From Actinoallomurus iriomotensis (GTDB lineage Bacteria; Actinomycetota; Actinomycetes; Streptosporangiales; Streptosporangiaceae): a stretch of 64,000 nucleotides of DNA. Positions within the stretch are counted from its first letter, which is position 1; each line of letters opens with the position of its first letter. Location of the stretch: NCBI RefSeq assembly GCF_030269445.1, contig NZ_BSTJ01000015.1, positions 132,649-196,648 on the forward strand, read 5' to 3'. A model generated the notes under the pieces. It saw nothing but the letters and a program-made list of their open reading frames with translations, was not told where the DNA came from and ran no database searches. Made by a program: the position numbers and the translations under genes. Positions 18,410 to 30,813 of this stretch are shown in pieces.

Positions 18410-19618
18410 CTACCGCACGGCGAGCGGGCGGTAGTCGGGCAGCGTGATGTTCCCCGCCTTGGCGAACTGCGCGGCGATCAGCGAGCGCATCGGCCACCGG
18501 GTCATCGAGCGCATCGACGCGGCCCGCATGCGGATGGCCAGAGCGCTGGACGGCGCGAACCCCGAGGCGCCGCCCGGGGGCAGCTTCTGCGCCTCGGTGA
18601 CGTACGGGCGCATGATCTCGTCGTAGCGCGCGAACGCGGCACGGTGGTCGCCGGTCGTGGCGAGCTCGCCGGCCAGCACGTACGCGCCGACCAGGGCAAG
18701 GCTGGTGCCCAGCCCGGTGAGCGGCGTCGGGCAGTGGCCGGCGTCGCCGATGAGCGCCACCCGCCCGCGCGACCAGCCGTCCAGGTGCACCTGCCCCATC
18801 GACTCGAAGAAGAAGTCGGACGCGGTCTCCATCCCCCGCAGCAGGCGCGGCACCTCCCAGCCCGTGACGCCGGCGAAGCGGCTCGCCACCAGGGCCCGCT
18901 GGGCGCCGAGGTCGCTCCGGTCGTACACGAGCGGCGGGGACCGGAAGGCGAGGGCGGCCTTGACCTCGCCGGGGAGCCGTCCCGGGCGCGCCGACGCGAC
19001 GAGCCCGCCCGGCGCGTTGAACATCTTGTACCAGCCGCCGAGCTCCATGGCGTCGGTCGTCGTGAACCAGGCGTTGTAGACGTCCAGCGGGCGGACGCAG
19101 TCCGACTCGGGGGCGAAGGCCAGCGCGCGCACCACGGAGTGCGTACCGTCCGCACCGACGACCAGGCCGAACCGGCGCGAGTGCGCCTTCTCGAACGTCA
19201 CGGTGACGCCGTCGTCGTCCTGGTCGAGGCCGATGATCGTGTCATCGAAGACGTACTCGGTGTCCGGCAGCGTCGCCTCGTACAGCACGCGCGCCAGGTC
19301 GCCGCGCAGGATCTCGATCTCGGAGATGATCCCCTCACCGCCGAAGGCGTCGACCGGCATGGTCGCCTTGACCCGGCCCTTCGCGTCGACGAGGGCCATG
19401 CCCTCCTGGTCGACGGCCACCGCGCGCGCCTGGTCCATCAGTCCCATGCGGGCGACCACCTCACGGCCCGCGCCGCGCAGGTCCACGGTCTGCCCTCCCG
19501 GGCGCGGGCCCGGGGCGCGCTCCACGACCGTGACCGTGAAGCCCGCGGCGCGTAGCCAGTACGCCAGCGCCGCTCCGGCGATACCGCCGCCGGAAACGAG
19601 TATCTCGGTGTTTCGCAT
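18410..19618 (-). CDS. Class A FAD-dependent monooxygenase (TetX / Rox-like antibiotic-modifying type)
   Basis: Trimmed to MRNTEILVSGGGIAGAALAYWL. DG motif VVGADGTHSVVR, GDAGH motif IGDAGHCPTPLTGLGTSLA. Confidence 0.8.
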   Translation of the reverse strand: MRNTEILVSGGGIAGAALAYWLRAAGFTVTVVERAPGPRPGGQTVDLRGAGREVVARMGLMDQARAVAVDQEGMALVDAKGRVKATMPVDAFGGEGIISEIEILRGDLARVLYEATLPDTEYVFDDTIIGLDQDDDGVTVTFEKAHSRRFGLVVGADGTHSVVRALAFAPESDCVRPLDVYNAWFTTTDAMELGGWYKMFNAPGGLVASARPGRLPGEVKAALAFRSPPLVYDRSDLGAQRALVASRFAGVTGWEVPRLLRGMETASDFFFESMGQVHLDGWSRGRVALIGDAGHCPTPLTGLGTSLALVGAYVLAGELATTGDHRAAFARYDEIMRPYVTEAQKLPPGGASGFAPSSALAIRMRAASMRSMTRWPMRSLIAAQFAKAGNITLPDYRPLAVR

Positions 19619-19675
19619 GACTGGAATGTACGGTGTACATATCGCGCCTTGCAAGGCTGTGACCAGTGAACTTTC

Positions 19676-19708
19676 AAGTAGTGCACTAGTGCTCTAGGAG
19701 CACTCGCC
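19676..19708. promoter_or_regulatory. Palindromic operator candidate A (TAGTGCACTAGTGC plus AGTGCTC-TAG-GAGCACT) in the divergent promoter
   Basis: AAGTAGTGCACTAGTGCTCTAGGAGCACTCG. TAGTGCACTA and GCACTAGTGC are both perfect 10-bp palindromes. The motif is repeated about 80 bp downstream. Confidence 0.5.
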
Positions 19709-19756
19709 GCTCGCGGAGCGGCGCGGTCACGGGTGTCGGCGCAGCGTGGCGGCTAG

Positions 19757-19778
19757 GGTGAGTGCACTAGTGCGGAGG
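19757..19778. promoter_or_regulatory. Palindromic operator candidate B (GAGTGCACTAGTGCGGAGG) overlapping the RBS of the GntR-TetR regulator
   Basis: It has the same GTGCACTAGTGC core as 19680-19693, directly abutting the GGAGG RBS. Confidence 0.5.
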
Positions 19779-20734
19779 TGGTTCCGGTGGAACGGGGAAC
19801 GTCGCGTTCGGGCCAGATCGTGGCCGAGCTGCGGCACCGGATCGTGACGGGCGAGCTGGCGCCGGGCGATCGCGTGCCCTCCACCCGGGAGATCACCCGG
19901 CGGTGGGGCGTCGCGATGGCGACCGCCACGAAGGCGCTCACGCAGCTCCGCCACGAGGGCCTGGTCCGCGCGGTGCCCGGCGTCGGCACGGTCGTGGCGA
20001 CCGGCACGGGTTCCGCGCCGCGGCCCGCCGCCGCGCGGCCGGGCGGGCCGCGCCCGCGCCAGAGGCGCGGGGACGAGCAGGCGGCGTCCACGCGGATCGT
20101 CGCGGCCGCGATCGCCGTCGCCGACGCGGAGGGGCTCACCTCGGTCTCGATGCGCCGCGTCGCCGCCGAACTCGGCATGGCGACGATGTCGCTGTACCGG
20201 TACGTCACCGACAAGGACGACCTGCTGGCGCAGATGATGGACGCGGCCTTCGCCGAGCAGCCCCTTCCCGACGAACCGCCGGAGGGCTGGCGCGACCGGC
20301 TGGAGCTCGCCGCCCGGACGCTGTGGGCGATGTTCCGCCGTCACCCCTGGCTCGCGCCCGCCCTCTCGGTGACCCGGCCGCAGCCGTTGCCCAACGCCCT
20401 CCCGTTCACCGAGTGGATGCTGGGCTCCCTGGCGGACCGGCTCGACGTGCAGACGATCCTGACCATCCACCTCACCCTGTTCAACTGGGTGCGGGCCACC
20501 GCGATCAGCATGGAGGCCGAAGCGGAGGCCGAGGCTCTCAGCGGCCTGGACGCCGAAGAGTGGATGGACGGCCAGGAACCGGCGCTGCGGGAGATCTTCG
20601 CCACCGGCCGGTTCCCGCTGTTCGAACGGCTCAACACGGAGGGGTACGACTTCGACCTCGACGGCCTCTTCGAGTTCGGCCTGCAACGGCTCCTGGACGG
20701 CCTCGCCGTCTTCGTCGGCGAGGCGCCGCGCTGA
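19778..20734 (+). CDS. Fused GntR-type wHTH + TetR-family regulator
   Basis: N-terminal GntR HTH (RVPSTREITRRWGVAMATATKALTQLRHEGLV), then a TetR HTH (LTSVSMRRVAAELGMATMSLYRYVTDKDDLL) and a ligand domain. An alternative GTG start at 19787 gives better RBS spacing. Confidence 0.8.
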   Translation: MVPVERGTSRSGQIVAELRHRIVTGELAPGDRVPSTREITRRWGVAMATATKALTQLRHEGLVRAVPGVGTVVATGTGSAPRPAAARPGGPRPRQRRGDEQAASTRIVAAAIAVADAEGLTSVSMRRVAAELGMATMSLYRYVTDKDDLLAQMMDAAFAEQPLPDEPPEGWRDRLELAARTLWAMFRRHPWLAPALSVTRPQPLPNALPFTEWMLGSLADRLDVQTILTIHLTLFNWVRATAISMEAEAEAEALSGLDAEEWMDGQEPALREIFATGRFPLFERLNTEGYDFDLDGLFEFGLQRLLDGLAVFVGEAPR

Positions 20735-20746
20735 CGTCGGACGCGG

Positions 20747-20992
20747 TCAGCGGCGCAACTCGATGACCTCGACGAGGCTCTCGACGTCGACGTGGGCGAG
20801 CGCTGCCTCCGCCGACCGGTAGTACCCCTGCCCGAGGCCCGGAGTCCCGGGGCCGAGCAGCACCCGGCGCCACGAGACGCGGATCCACTGCTGCGGGCCA
20901 TGACCACGATCGAGACGGATCACCTCGACACGCCGCCCGTACCGATCGACCATGACACTCACCGGGACAGCGTACGTGACCTGCGCGAACAC
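20747..20992 (-). CDS. Small hypothetical protein (81 aa)
   Basis: Non-Arg-rich composition, convergent with the regulator gene. No recognisable domain. Confidence 0.35.
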   Translation of the reverse strand: MFAQVTYAVPVSVMVDRYGRRVEVIRLDRGHGPQQWIRVSWRRVLLGPGTPGLGQGYYRSAEAALAHVDVESLVEVIELRR

Positions 20993-21117
20993 CGGTGACG
21001 GGCGGCTCGGGCACGGCGCCGCCCCGGGCGGGGCCGGCCAAGCGCGTAGCAGTCATACCGCCACACGGTGGACAATGGGCGTTCCCCACGCGCACCAACC
21101 GTTCACCGGAGGCGACC

Positions 21118-23910
<2,793 letters not shown>

Positions 23911-24024
23911 CCTGCCCGGCGGTTTACCCGCGGGTTCGCTGGTCGCGCTCGCCTCCTCACTCACTCCACGGACGGCTCGTACCTCACCGGCCGCTCCGCT
24001 CGCTCGTCGGCTCGCCGCTCCGGG

Positions 24025-24510
24025 TCAGTCGTCGTCCTTTTCGCGGTCCGCCGCGGCGAGTTCGTCGACGGCGACGGCCACGGCGAGGACCAGGGGTACG
24101 TCCGGGTGGCCGATCTCGATGCCGTAGGTGTCCCGGATCCGGAACCACTTGCGCGAGGTCGTGGCGACGGTGCCCTCGTCGCTCTCGATCTCGTAGTTCT
24201 TCTCGATGAGGTCGCCGGTCGCCGTCCACTCCTGCCCGTCCGCGAGCTCGATCTCCATCGAGTGCCGGAGCGGGCTGAACAGCTTCTTGCGAACCTTGGC
24301 CACCGTCTCGCCCTCGCGTTCGACGACCATCGTGTCGCGGATGCTGACCATCTTCTTGCGGATGACGGCCAGGACCTCACCGTCCGGCCCCTTGAGCTCG
24401 AAGGTCTGGCGGAGCCGCAGCGCCTTGCCGTCGACCAGGAAAACCCGCTGTCCCGCCTCGTCCTCGACCCAGAAGTCGTCGCCGATGCTGAAGACGCGTT
24501 CGCGCATCAT
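24025..24510 (-). CDS. LURP-one-related / DUF567 (tubby C-terminal-like) protein
   Basis: Trimmed to MMRERVFSIGDDFWVEDEAGQRVFLVDGKALRLRQTFELKGPDGEVL..., which fits the LOR/scramblase-like fold family. Confidence 0.55.
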   Translation of the reverse strand: MMRERVFSIGDDFWVEDEAGQRVFLVDGKALRLRQTFELKGPDGEVLAVIRKKMVSIRDTMVVEREGETVAKVRKKLFSPLRHSMEIELADGQEWTATGDLIEKNYEIESDEGTVATTSRKWFRIRDTYGIEIGHPDVPLVLAVAVAVDELAAADREKDDD

Positions 24511-24708
24511 GAACTTCACGCCGCCTGCATCCCCGGAATGAAGTCGGGCAAACCGGCGACCACGCCGGGGCATGGGAAACCGGCGCATTCGTCACGTACG
24601 CGATCGGCCCGGGACATCGAACGATCATCTGACGTTCGGCGCACTGGCCGAGCATTCAGGGGCTTATGCCGCGTTACGTGCGGTTTGACCGACTTAATGA
24701 GGACCACC

Positions 24709-26328
24709 ATGTGCCTTGACGGAGCTTGTGAGCACGACGCGGCCGCCCGGCCCGCGACCGGTGACCGCGACGGCGGCGGCGCGCTCGACCGGCGGCGGCT
24801 GCTGGTGGCGGCCGCGACCGGAGCCGCGCTCACCCTCGCCCCGGTCTCCTTCATCCAGGGGCGCGCCGCCGCCGGCACGCCGAAGGGCACGCCCGACGGT
24901 GGCGACGTCACGCGTACCGTCACCGGGCACCTCGACACCGGCGCCGCCGACTTCGTCTACCTGCCGGTCCAGGTGCCGAAGGGCGTGCGGAAGATCGCCG
25001 TCGAGTACTCCTACGACAAGCCGTCCGTACCGGCCGGCACGCCCGGCAACTCCTGCGACATCGGCGTCTTCGACCAGCGCGGCACCAAGCTCGGCGGCAA
25101 GGGCTTCCGCGGCTGGTCCGGCGGCGCCCGCACCGCGTTCGAGATCAGCGCCACGGAGGCCACGCCCGGCTACCTGCCCGGCCCGGTCGAGGCCGGTACG
25201 TGGAACATCGTGCTCGGGCCGTACCAGGTCGCACCCCAGGGCATGAACTACCAGGTCAAGATCACTCTCACGTACGGCGCGGACGGCGCGCCCTTCACGC
25301 CGAACCACCCGCCGACGAAGGCCAAGGGCCGCGGCCGCGCCTGGTACCGGGGCGACGGCCACCTGCACACCGTGCATTCCGACGGCAAGCGTCTCCCCGC
25401 CGAGGTGGCCGCCGGGGCGCGGCAGGCCGGGCTGGACTTCATGGTCTCCACCGACCACAACACCTCCTCCGCGCACGCGGTCTGGGGCGAGTACGCGGGC
25501 CAGGACCTGCTCATCATCACCGGCGAGGAGGTCACCACCCGGAACGGCCACTGGCTGGCGCTCGGCCTGCCCGCCGGCGAGTGGATCGACTGGCGTTACC
25601 GCTCGCGCGACGACGCCTTCGGCCGGTTCGCCCGCCAGGTGCACCGCTCCGGCGGCCTCGTGGTGCCCGCGCACCCGTACTGCCCGTACATCGCCTCCCA
25701 GTGGAAGTTCGGCTACGCCGACGCCGACGCGGTCGAGGTGTGGAACGGCCCGTGGACCTACGACGACGAGTCCGCGGTGGACACCTGGGACGCCGGGCTC
25801 GCCGAGGCGGTGCGCACGGGCGGTCGCTGGCTGCCCGCGATGGGCAACAGCGACGCCCACAGCGAGCCGCAGGTCATCGGGCTGCCGCACAACGTCGTGT
25901 ACGCCGACGACCTGACCACGGACGCGATCGTCAGCGGGATCCGCGCCGGCCGTAACTGGATCGCCGAGTCGTCGTCGGTGAGCCTGACGTTCACCGCGTC
26001 CGGCGCCGGCCGGGAGGCGGGCATCGCCGAGACGCTGACCGCCCGCGCCGACGCGCCGGTGGACGTACGGCTGGAGGTGGCCGGCGTGCCGAACGGCACC
26101 GTACGGTTCATCACCGATGAGGGCCAGATGCACCAGGAGTCCCTGCCGGCCTCCGGCACCGGCACCGTGGTGTGGCGCACCACGACGTCGCTCGCGGCGT
26201 ACGTGCGGGCCGAGGTACGCCACCCGATGGCCGACGGCAGCCCCGGCAAGGGCAACACGATGGGACCCGCCCTGGTCTGGGGCCCGATGGCCGCGCTCAC
26301 GAACCCGATCTTCCTCAAGCGGGCCTGA
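24709..26328 (+). CDS. Tat-secreted PHP-domain metal-dependent phosphoesterase (CehA/McbA-like)
   Basis: Twin-arginine RRRLLVAAATGAALTLAP. PHP motifs WYRGDGHLHTVHSDG, VSTDHNT and MGNSDAHS. GAGGA RBS 5 nt before the ATG. Confidence 0.75.
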   Translation: MCLDGACEHDAAARPATGDRDGGGALDRRRLLVAAATGAALTLAPVSFIQGRAAAGTPKGTPDGGDVTRTVTGHLDTGAADFVYLPVQVPKGVRKIAVEYSYDKPSVPAGTPGNSCDIGVFDQRGTKLGGKGFRGWSGGARTAFEISATEATPGYLPGPVEAGTWNIVLGPYQVAPQGMNYQVKITLTYGADGAPFTPNHPPTKAKGRGRAWYRGDGHLHTVHSDGKRLPAEVAAGARQAGLDFMVSTDHNTSSAHAVWGEYAGQDLLIITGEEVTTRNGHWLALGLPAGEWIDWRYRSRDDAFGRFARQVHRSGGLVVPAHPYCPYIASQWKFGYADADAVEVWNGPWTYDDESAVDTWDAGLAEAVRTGGRWLPAMGNSDAHSEPQVIGLPHNVVYADDLTTDAIVSGIRAGRNWIAESSSVSLTFTASGAGREAGIAETLTARADAPVDVRLEVAGVPNGTVRFITDEGQMHQESLPASGTGTVVWRTTTSLAAYVRAEVRHPMADGSPGKGNTMGPALVWGPMAALTNPIFLKRA

Positions 26329-26837
26329 CGCCCTCGCCGGCCGCCTGCTCGTCGCAGGCGGCCGGCGGCGGAGGATGACCTCCGCCGAGACGGTGATGTC
26401 CTCGGGTGATGTCCTCGGTCGTCGTCGAGGCGTCGCGGACGCCGATGCGCATGGCGCGCTCGCCGTGCCGTACGGCGCCGCCCGCCCGGCACGGCGCGGT
26501 CGGCCTGAACGGCGGCGATGACCGCGTCGGCGGTCCGGTCGTCGCCGAACGTACGCGGACCTGGTCCCACCACGGCCGCCGATCTGGACTAGGCGCTACC
26601 GGCGGACCCCACCTGCGGGTCCGACTGCCGGCTCGCCACCGCCATCTTCGCCGAGCGCACCGCCGCGACGGAGTGACCGTCGCGGCCGGCAGCGCGTTCG
26701 CCGTCACGCCCGGCACCGTGGCCGACCGGATCCGGGTCCCGCTCCACGTGTCACGCCGGCCCACGAAGCCGGACGAAGACGCCACTCCGTACGACGACCG
26801 CGCGTGAGCGGGCGAGCACACGACCAGGTCCTTTTGC

Positions 26838-26870
26838 CTCTACTTTACCGGCCCTTTACCCATTCACGGG
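26838..26870. promoter_or_regulatory. PHO-box-like direct repeats (CTTTACC x2 at 11-bp spacing, then CATTCAC) upstream of phoA-like gene
   Basis: tactttaccggccctttacccattcacggg. The 11-nt periodicity is typical of PhoP direct-repeat units, but the match to the GTTCACC consensus is imperfect. Confidence 0.3.
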
Positions 26871-26934
26871 CTGGCGGCCATCGGGCACTGATGACGTTCT
26901 CGCAACATCCGTTCCCCGCAGAGGAGAACTCTTC

Positions 26935-28293
26935 ATGACCGCATCGTCGAGGCTGATCCGCCGAGGCGCCGTCGCCGCCGTCGCCCTCGGGGCACTGACG
27001 GCGGCGGCACTCCCGACGTTCGCCTCCGATGGCGACAAGACCACCGCGGTCCGCGCCGCGGTCAAGGGCGGGAAGGCCCGCAACGTCATCCTGTTGATCG
27101 GCGACGGCATGGGTGACTCGGAGATCACGATCGCCCGCAACTACGCCAAGGGCGCGGCCGGCCGACTGGCGATGGACACGCTCCCGCTGACGGGTGCGTA
27201 CACCACGTACTCGGTGAACAAGACCGACCCGAGCAAGCCGGACTACGTCACCGACTCGGCCGCCAGCGGCAGCGGATGGTCGACCGGCCACAAGACCTAC
27301 AACGGCGCGATCTCCGTCACCCCGGACGGCAAGGCGCAGCCGACCGTACTGGAGCTCGCCAAGAAGGCCGGTTTCCGCACCGGCGACGTCACGACGGCCG
27401 AGCTCGGCGACGCGACTCCGGCCGTCCAGGCCGCGCACGTCGAGGACCGGTCCTGCGAGGGGCCGGCCGACATGGCCAAGTGCCCGAAGCAGGACAAGGT
27501 CAACGGTGGTCCCGGCTCGATCTCCGAACAGCAGGTGCAGACCGGAGCCGACATCTACCTCGGCGGTGGCCGGTCCCGGTTCGCCCAGACGGTCAAGGCG
27601 GGGCCGTACCAGGGGAAGACCGTCATCGACCAGGCGAAGGCCACCGGCTACAACGTCGTCACCGACAGCGCGGGACTGTCCGCCGCGAAGCCGGACCGCA
27701 AGCTCCTGGGCCTGTTCGCCGACGGCAACCTGCCGCTGGAGCAGACCGGTCCCCTGGCCAAGGTCGGCGGCACCGAGCCGTCCCGCTGCGCGCCGAACGG
27801 TGAGTTCACCGGCCCGCACCTGACCGCCATGGCGGACAAGGCGCTCCAGCTCCTCGACGCCCAGACCAGGCACGCCAAGAAGGGCTTCTTCCTGCAGATC
27901 GAGGGCGCGTCGATCGACAAGCAGGACCACGCCGCCAACCCGTGCGGTCAGATCGGCGAGCACGTGGAGTTCGACAACGCGGTGAAGTCCGCGCTCGACT
28001 ACGCGCGCCACCACGCCGACACGCTGGTCGTGGTCACCGCCGACCACGGTCACACCAGCCAGATCATCCCGCTGGAGGCCGACAGCCCGGGCCAGACCGC
28101 CACGCTGATCACCGCCGACGGCGCCCCAATGAAGATCAACTACGCGACCACGAAGCCGGGCGTCTCCCAGGAGCACACCGGCACCGAGGTGCGCATCGCC
28201 GCTCAGGGCCCGCAGGCGGCCAACGTGGTCGGTGTCACCGACCAGACCGACCTGTTCCACACGCTGAGCCGCGCCCTCGGCGTCGGCCGCTGA
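26935..28293 (+). CDS. phoA: Secreted alkaline phosphatase (PhoA family)
   Basis: Signal peptide. LLIGDGMGDSE, active-site VTDSAASGSGWSTG, TADHGHTSQ. 452 aa. Confidence 0.9.
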   Translation: MTASSRLIRRGAVAAVALGALTAAALPTFASDGDKTTAVRAAVKGGKARNVILLIGDGMGDSEITIARNYAKGAAGRLAMDTLPLTGAYTTYSVNKTDPSKPDYVTDSAASGSGWSTGHKTYNGAISVTPDGKAQPTVLELAKKAGFRTGDVTTAELGDATPAVQAAHVEDRSCEGPADMAKCPKQDKVNGGPGSISEQQVQTGADIYLGGGRSRFAQTVKAGPYQGKTVIDQAKATGYNVVTDSAGLSAAKPDRKLLGLFADGNLPLEQTGPLAKVGGTEPSRCAPNGEFTGPHLTAMADKALQLLDAQTRHAKKGFFLQIEGASIDKQDHAANPCGQIGEHVEFDNAVKSALDYARHHADTLVVVTADHGHTSQIIPLEADSPGQTATLITADGAPMKINYATTKPGVSQEHTGTEVRIAAQGPQAANVVGVTDQTDLFHTLSRALGVGR

Positions 28294-28296
28294 CCT

Positions 28297-28336
28297 CGGC
28301 CGGGCCGGTCATCCAGCGGGAAGGCCGGCCCGGCCG
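28297..28336. terminator. GC hairpin (12-bp stem cggccgggccgg / ccggcccggccg) between convergent phoA and merR-like genes
   Basis: Read from the sequence. It overlaps the last codons of the MerR gene. No U-tract, which is usual in high-GC actinomycetes. Confidence 0.35.
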
Positions 28337-28686
28337 GACGCCGTCTCGATGACCTCGTCCAGCACCTCACGGGAGCGGACGAGGTCGCCGATCATCCGGT
28401 CGATGCGGTCGCGCTCGGCGGTCAGGTCGGCGACGAGACGGGGCGTCGCGAGCGCGGACGGCCCGCCGTCGGCGTCGCGCATGCAGGGCAGCAACTCGGC
28501 GATCTTGGTGCTGTGCAGGCCCGCGGCGAACAGCTCCTGGATGAGGACGACCCGGTCGACCGCGTGGTCCGGGTAGTCGCGGTGGCCGCCGGGGGTACGT
28601 CCGGCCACGAGCAGCCCCTGCTCCTCGTAGTAGCGCAGCGAACGCTCGCTCACACCGGTACGCCCGGCGAGTTCCCCGATCCGCAT
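28309..28686 (-). CDS. MerR-family transcriptional regulator
   Basis: Trimmed to MRIGELAGRTGVSERSLRYYEEQGLL (canonical MerR HTH), 125 aa. The Arg-rich ORF extension was rejected. Confidence 0.8.
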   Translation of the reverse strand: MRIGELAGRTGVSERSLRYYEEQGLLVAGRTPGGHRDYPDHAVDRVVLIQELFAAGLHSTKIAELLPCMRDADGGPSALATPRLVADLTAERDRIDRMIGDLVRSREVLDEVIETASGRAGLPAG

Positions 28687-28751
28687 GTGCACCTCGCGGG
28701 TTCCAGCTGACGCGTTGATGGCGGGTTCCACCGTATCCGCCCGCCGCCCGG

Positions 28752-30245
28752 TCAGCCGCGCGGTGACCGCCCCCGCGGTCGGCGCAGGCCGGACAGGTCG
28801 TGTCTCACGACGGTGTTGCGGTCGGCGACCGTGTTGCCGAAGGCGAACTGGGGCCAGTAGCCCAGGATCTCCTGTCGGCTGCGCTCGCTCCACGCTCGGG
28901 CCTGCTCGCCGCGCGACTTGTGGAAGTTCAGCGCGTACCCCTCGGTGTGCAGGCGCAGCAGGGAGAACCCGCCCGGATACTCCTTGACCGCGGCGACCTC
29001 CTGCAGCGTCACCCCCGGGGCGGCAGGGCTGACCGTCCGGTGGTTGCGGTGCGTGTGGCCCGCATGGTGGAGGAAGACGCCCGGAGTACGCGCGTAGGTG
29101 TCGAGGATGGAGGCCGCCTGGTCCGCGTCGAGCGCGTTGCTCGGGCTGGTCGGGAACGCCGACTCCTCCACGACGAGCGGGTGGTGCCCGAACACCAGCG
29201 TCGGCTGGTCCCGGTGCGCGGCGAGGTCGGCGCGGAACCACGACAGCTGCTCCGCCGACAGCGCCCCGGCGTCGCCCCCGCCGCCCGGCTTGTCGTAGGT
29301 GTCCAGCCCGATGACGTGCAGGCCCGACAGGTCGGCGGAGAAGTACGTCGGCTCGTCACCGGGGAAGTAGGCGTCGTGGAAGCAGTCGTTGCCCTGCCAC
29401 TGCCCGGCACGGCACGCGGCGTACGGGTCTCCGGTGTGCGCCCGGTCGTGGTTGCCGCGCACGACGAACCAGTCCTCGCGGTACCGGCCGAACCGGCGCA
29501 GGAAGTGCCCGGCCCGGCCGAGGTCGGCCGGCACCGCCTCGGCGGAGATGTCACCGGCCGCCAGCAGGTACGCCGGGCCGAGCCGCGCGACGTCCTCGAT
29601 CAGCGACTCGATCATGATCTCCGGGTACGGCGGCAGCCCCGGCAGCTGCGAGATGCCGGGGTACTGTGGCTGGCCACCGACCAGACCGGCCACGGTCTCG
29701 CCCAGGTGCAGGTCGTTGCACAGCACGATGGAGAACAGGAACCGGCCGGGCGGCGGCTGCGGCGTGGTGAAGGAGAAGGGACCGTTCGTGCCGAGGCCGT
29801 AGTCCGAGGTGCCGACGGCGTTGCCCGCGATGAGGGTGAACGGTGTCGGCGCGGCGCGCCGGCCGTTCGACCGCGCCTCATAGTAGTACGTGCGGCCCGG
29901 CTCCAGGCCGGTCAGCTCGACGTGGTGGTACGGCGTGTGGGACGAGATCCCGCCCGCGACGTGGTTCAGCCGGGAGGGGTGGGTGCCGTACCGGACCTCT
30001 CCGTCGGCGGGCGCGGGCACCATGCGGCCCAGGCCGTCGTCGGTGCCGGCCTCCCCGGTGTACCAGGTGATCACCGCCCGGTCCTCGGTGAGCGTGACGA
30101 GCTCCAGATCGACCGGGACCGCCGTGGCCCTGCCGGTCGCCCGGGTCTCGGCGCGGGCGAGGCCGGTCGCCGCCAGCGGCGACGCGGCGGCGGCGATCGC
30201 GGACCAGCGGAGCAGGTCGCGGCGGGTGAAGTCACAGCCAGGCAT
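28752..30245 (-). CDS. Tat-secreted calcineurin-like metallophosphoesterase (purple-acid/PhoD-like phosphatase)
   Basis: Tat motif TRRDLLRWSAIAAAASPLAATGLARA. Metallophosphoesterase motifs GDISAE, GNHD, GHHP and GHTHRNH. Confidence 0.75.
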   Translation of the reverse strand: MPGCDFTRRDLLRWSAIAAAASPLAATGLARAETRATGRATAVPVDLELVTLTEDRAVITWYTGEAGTDDGLGRMVPAPADGEVRYGTHPSRLNHVAGGISSHTPYHHVELTGLEPGRTYYYEARSNGRRAAPTPFTLIAGNAVGTSDYGLGTNGPFSFTTPQPPPGRFLFSIVLCNDLHLGETVAGLVGGQPQYPGISQLPGLPPYPEIMIESLIEDVARLGPAYLLAAGDISAEAVPADLGRAGHFLRRFGRYREDWFVVRGNHDRAHTGDPYAACRAGQWQGNDCFHDAYFPGDEPTYFSADLSGLHVIGLDTYDKPGGGGDAGALSAEQLSWFRADLAAHRDQPTLVFGHHPLVVEESAFPTSPSNALDADQAASILDTYARTPGVFLHHAGHTHRNHRTVSPAAPGVTLQEVAAVKEYPGGFSLLRLHTEGYALNFHKSRGEQARAWSERSRQEILGYWPQFAFGNTVADRNTVVRHDLSGLRRPRGRSPRG

Positions 30246-30813
30246 GAGCCGGACGGTACGCCGCCACGGTGCCGAAGTCTCCGGCATGACCTGGCGCGCG
30301 GGTATCCGTCCGGTAAAGGGTGGACGTCACGGCAGCCCAGGCCGGACGCCGGTGTCCGCACCCGGCCACGGCGCCCGGGGCGGTGGTGCGCCCCGTCACG
30401 CCGTCCGGTCGATCGGCCCCCGTGCCACCGAGCCGTCCGGAGCGAAGCCGAACCTCTCCAGCAGGTCCGCCTCGTGGCCCTGCCCGTCGGCCCGGAGCCG
30501 CTCGATGAGTCACCGCGCCGCGGACGGCTCGCCGGAGTGCACCAGCGCCCGCAGCCGCTCCGTGTCGCCGGCCTCGGCCGGCAGGTCGACCGGCTTGCGC
30601 GACGCGGCCTCCTGTCTCCCCGCCGCCAGCAGTAGTCCTCCGGCCCACTGCCGGACGAGCCGGTCTCCGCCGGGGAGAAACGGCGTCAGGTGATCCAGCG
30701 CTTCTTCCACCCTGCCCGCCCCGGTCAGCAGCAATGCGTACCGGCGCGCGGCGGGATGATCGCCGTCGTCGCAACGACGCCGACGATCGCAGGGGCGGAT
30801 GAGCGTCGCCGAG

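Noticed and set aside
17313-19555. 394-aa (-) and 654-aa (+) ORFs
   Set aside because: Shadows across the STAS / membrane / monooxygenase genes. Arg/Pro-rich.
26329-26934. 600-bp gap with ORFs 26406..26807 (+) and 26315..26821 (-)
   Set aside because: Translations are low-complexity (R/G/A/P). No start or RBS support. Possibly a decayed gene, but nothing assignable.
28687-28751. Direct repeat GGGTTCCA x2 upstream of the MerR gene
   Set aside because: Short, and lacking the 19-bp-spacer promoter architecture expected for MerR operators. Too weak to call.
30290-30810. Possible gene remnant on the minus strand (74-aa ORF 30510..30734 plus downstream frame)
   Set aside because: The reading frame is interrupted by an in-frame TGA near 30497 and has no recognisable domain. 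At best a pseudogene; not reportable.
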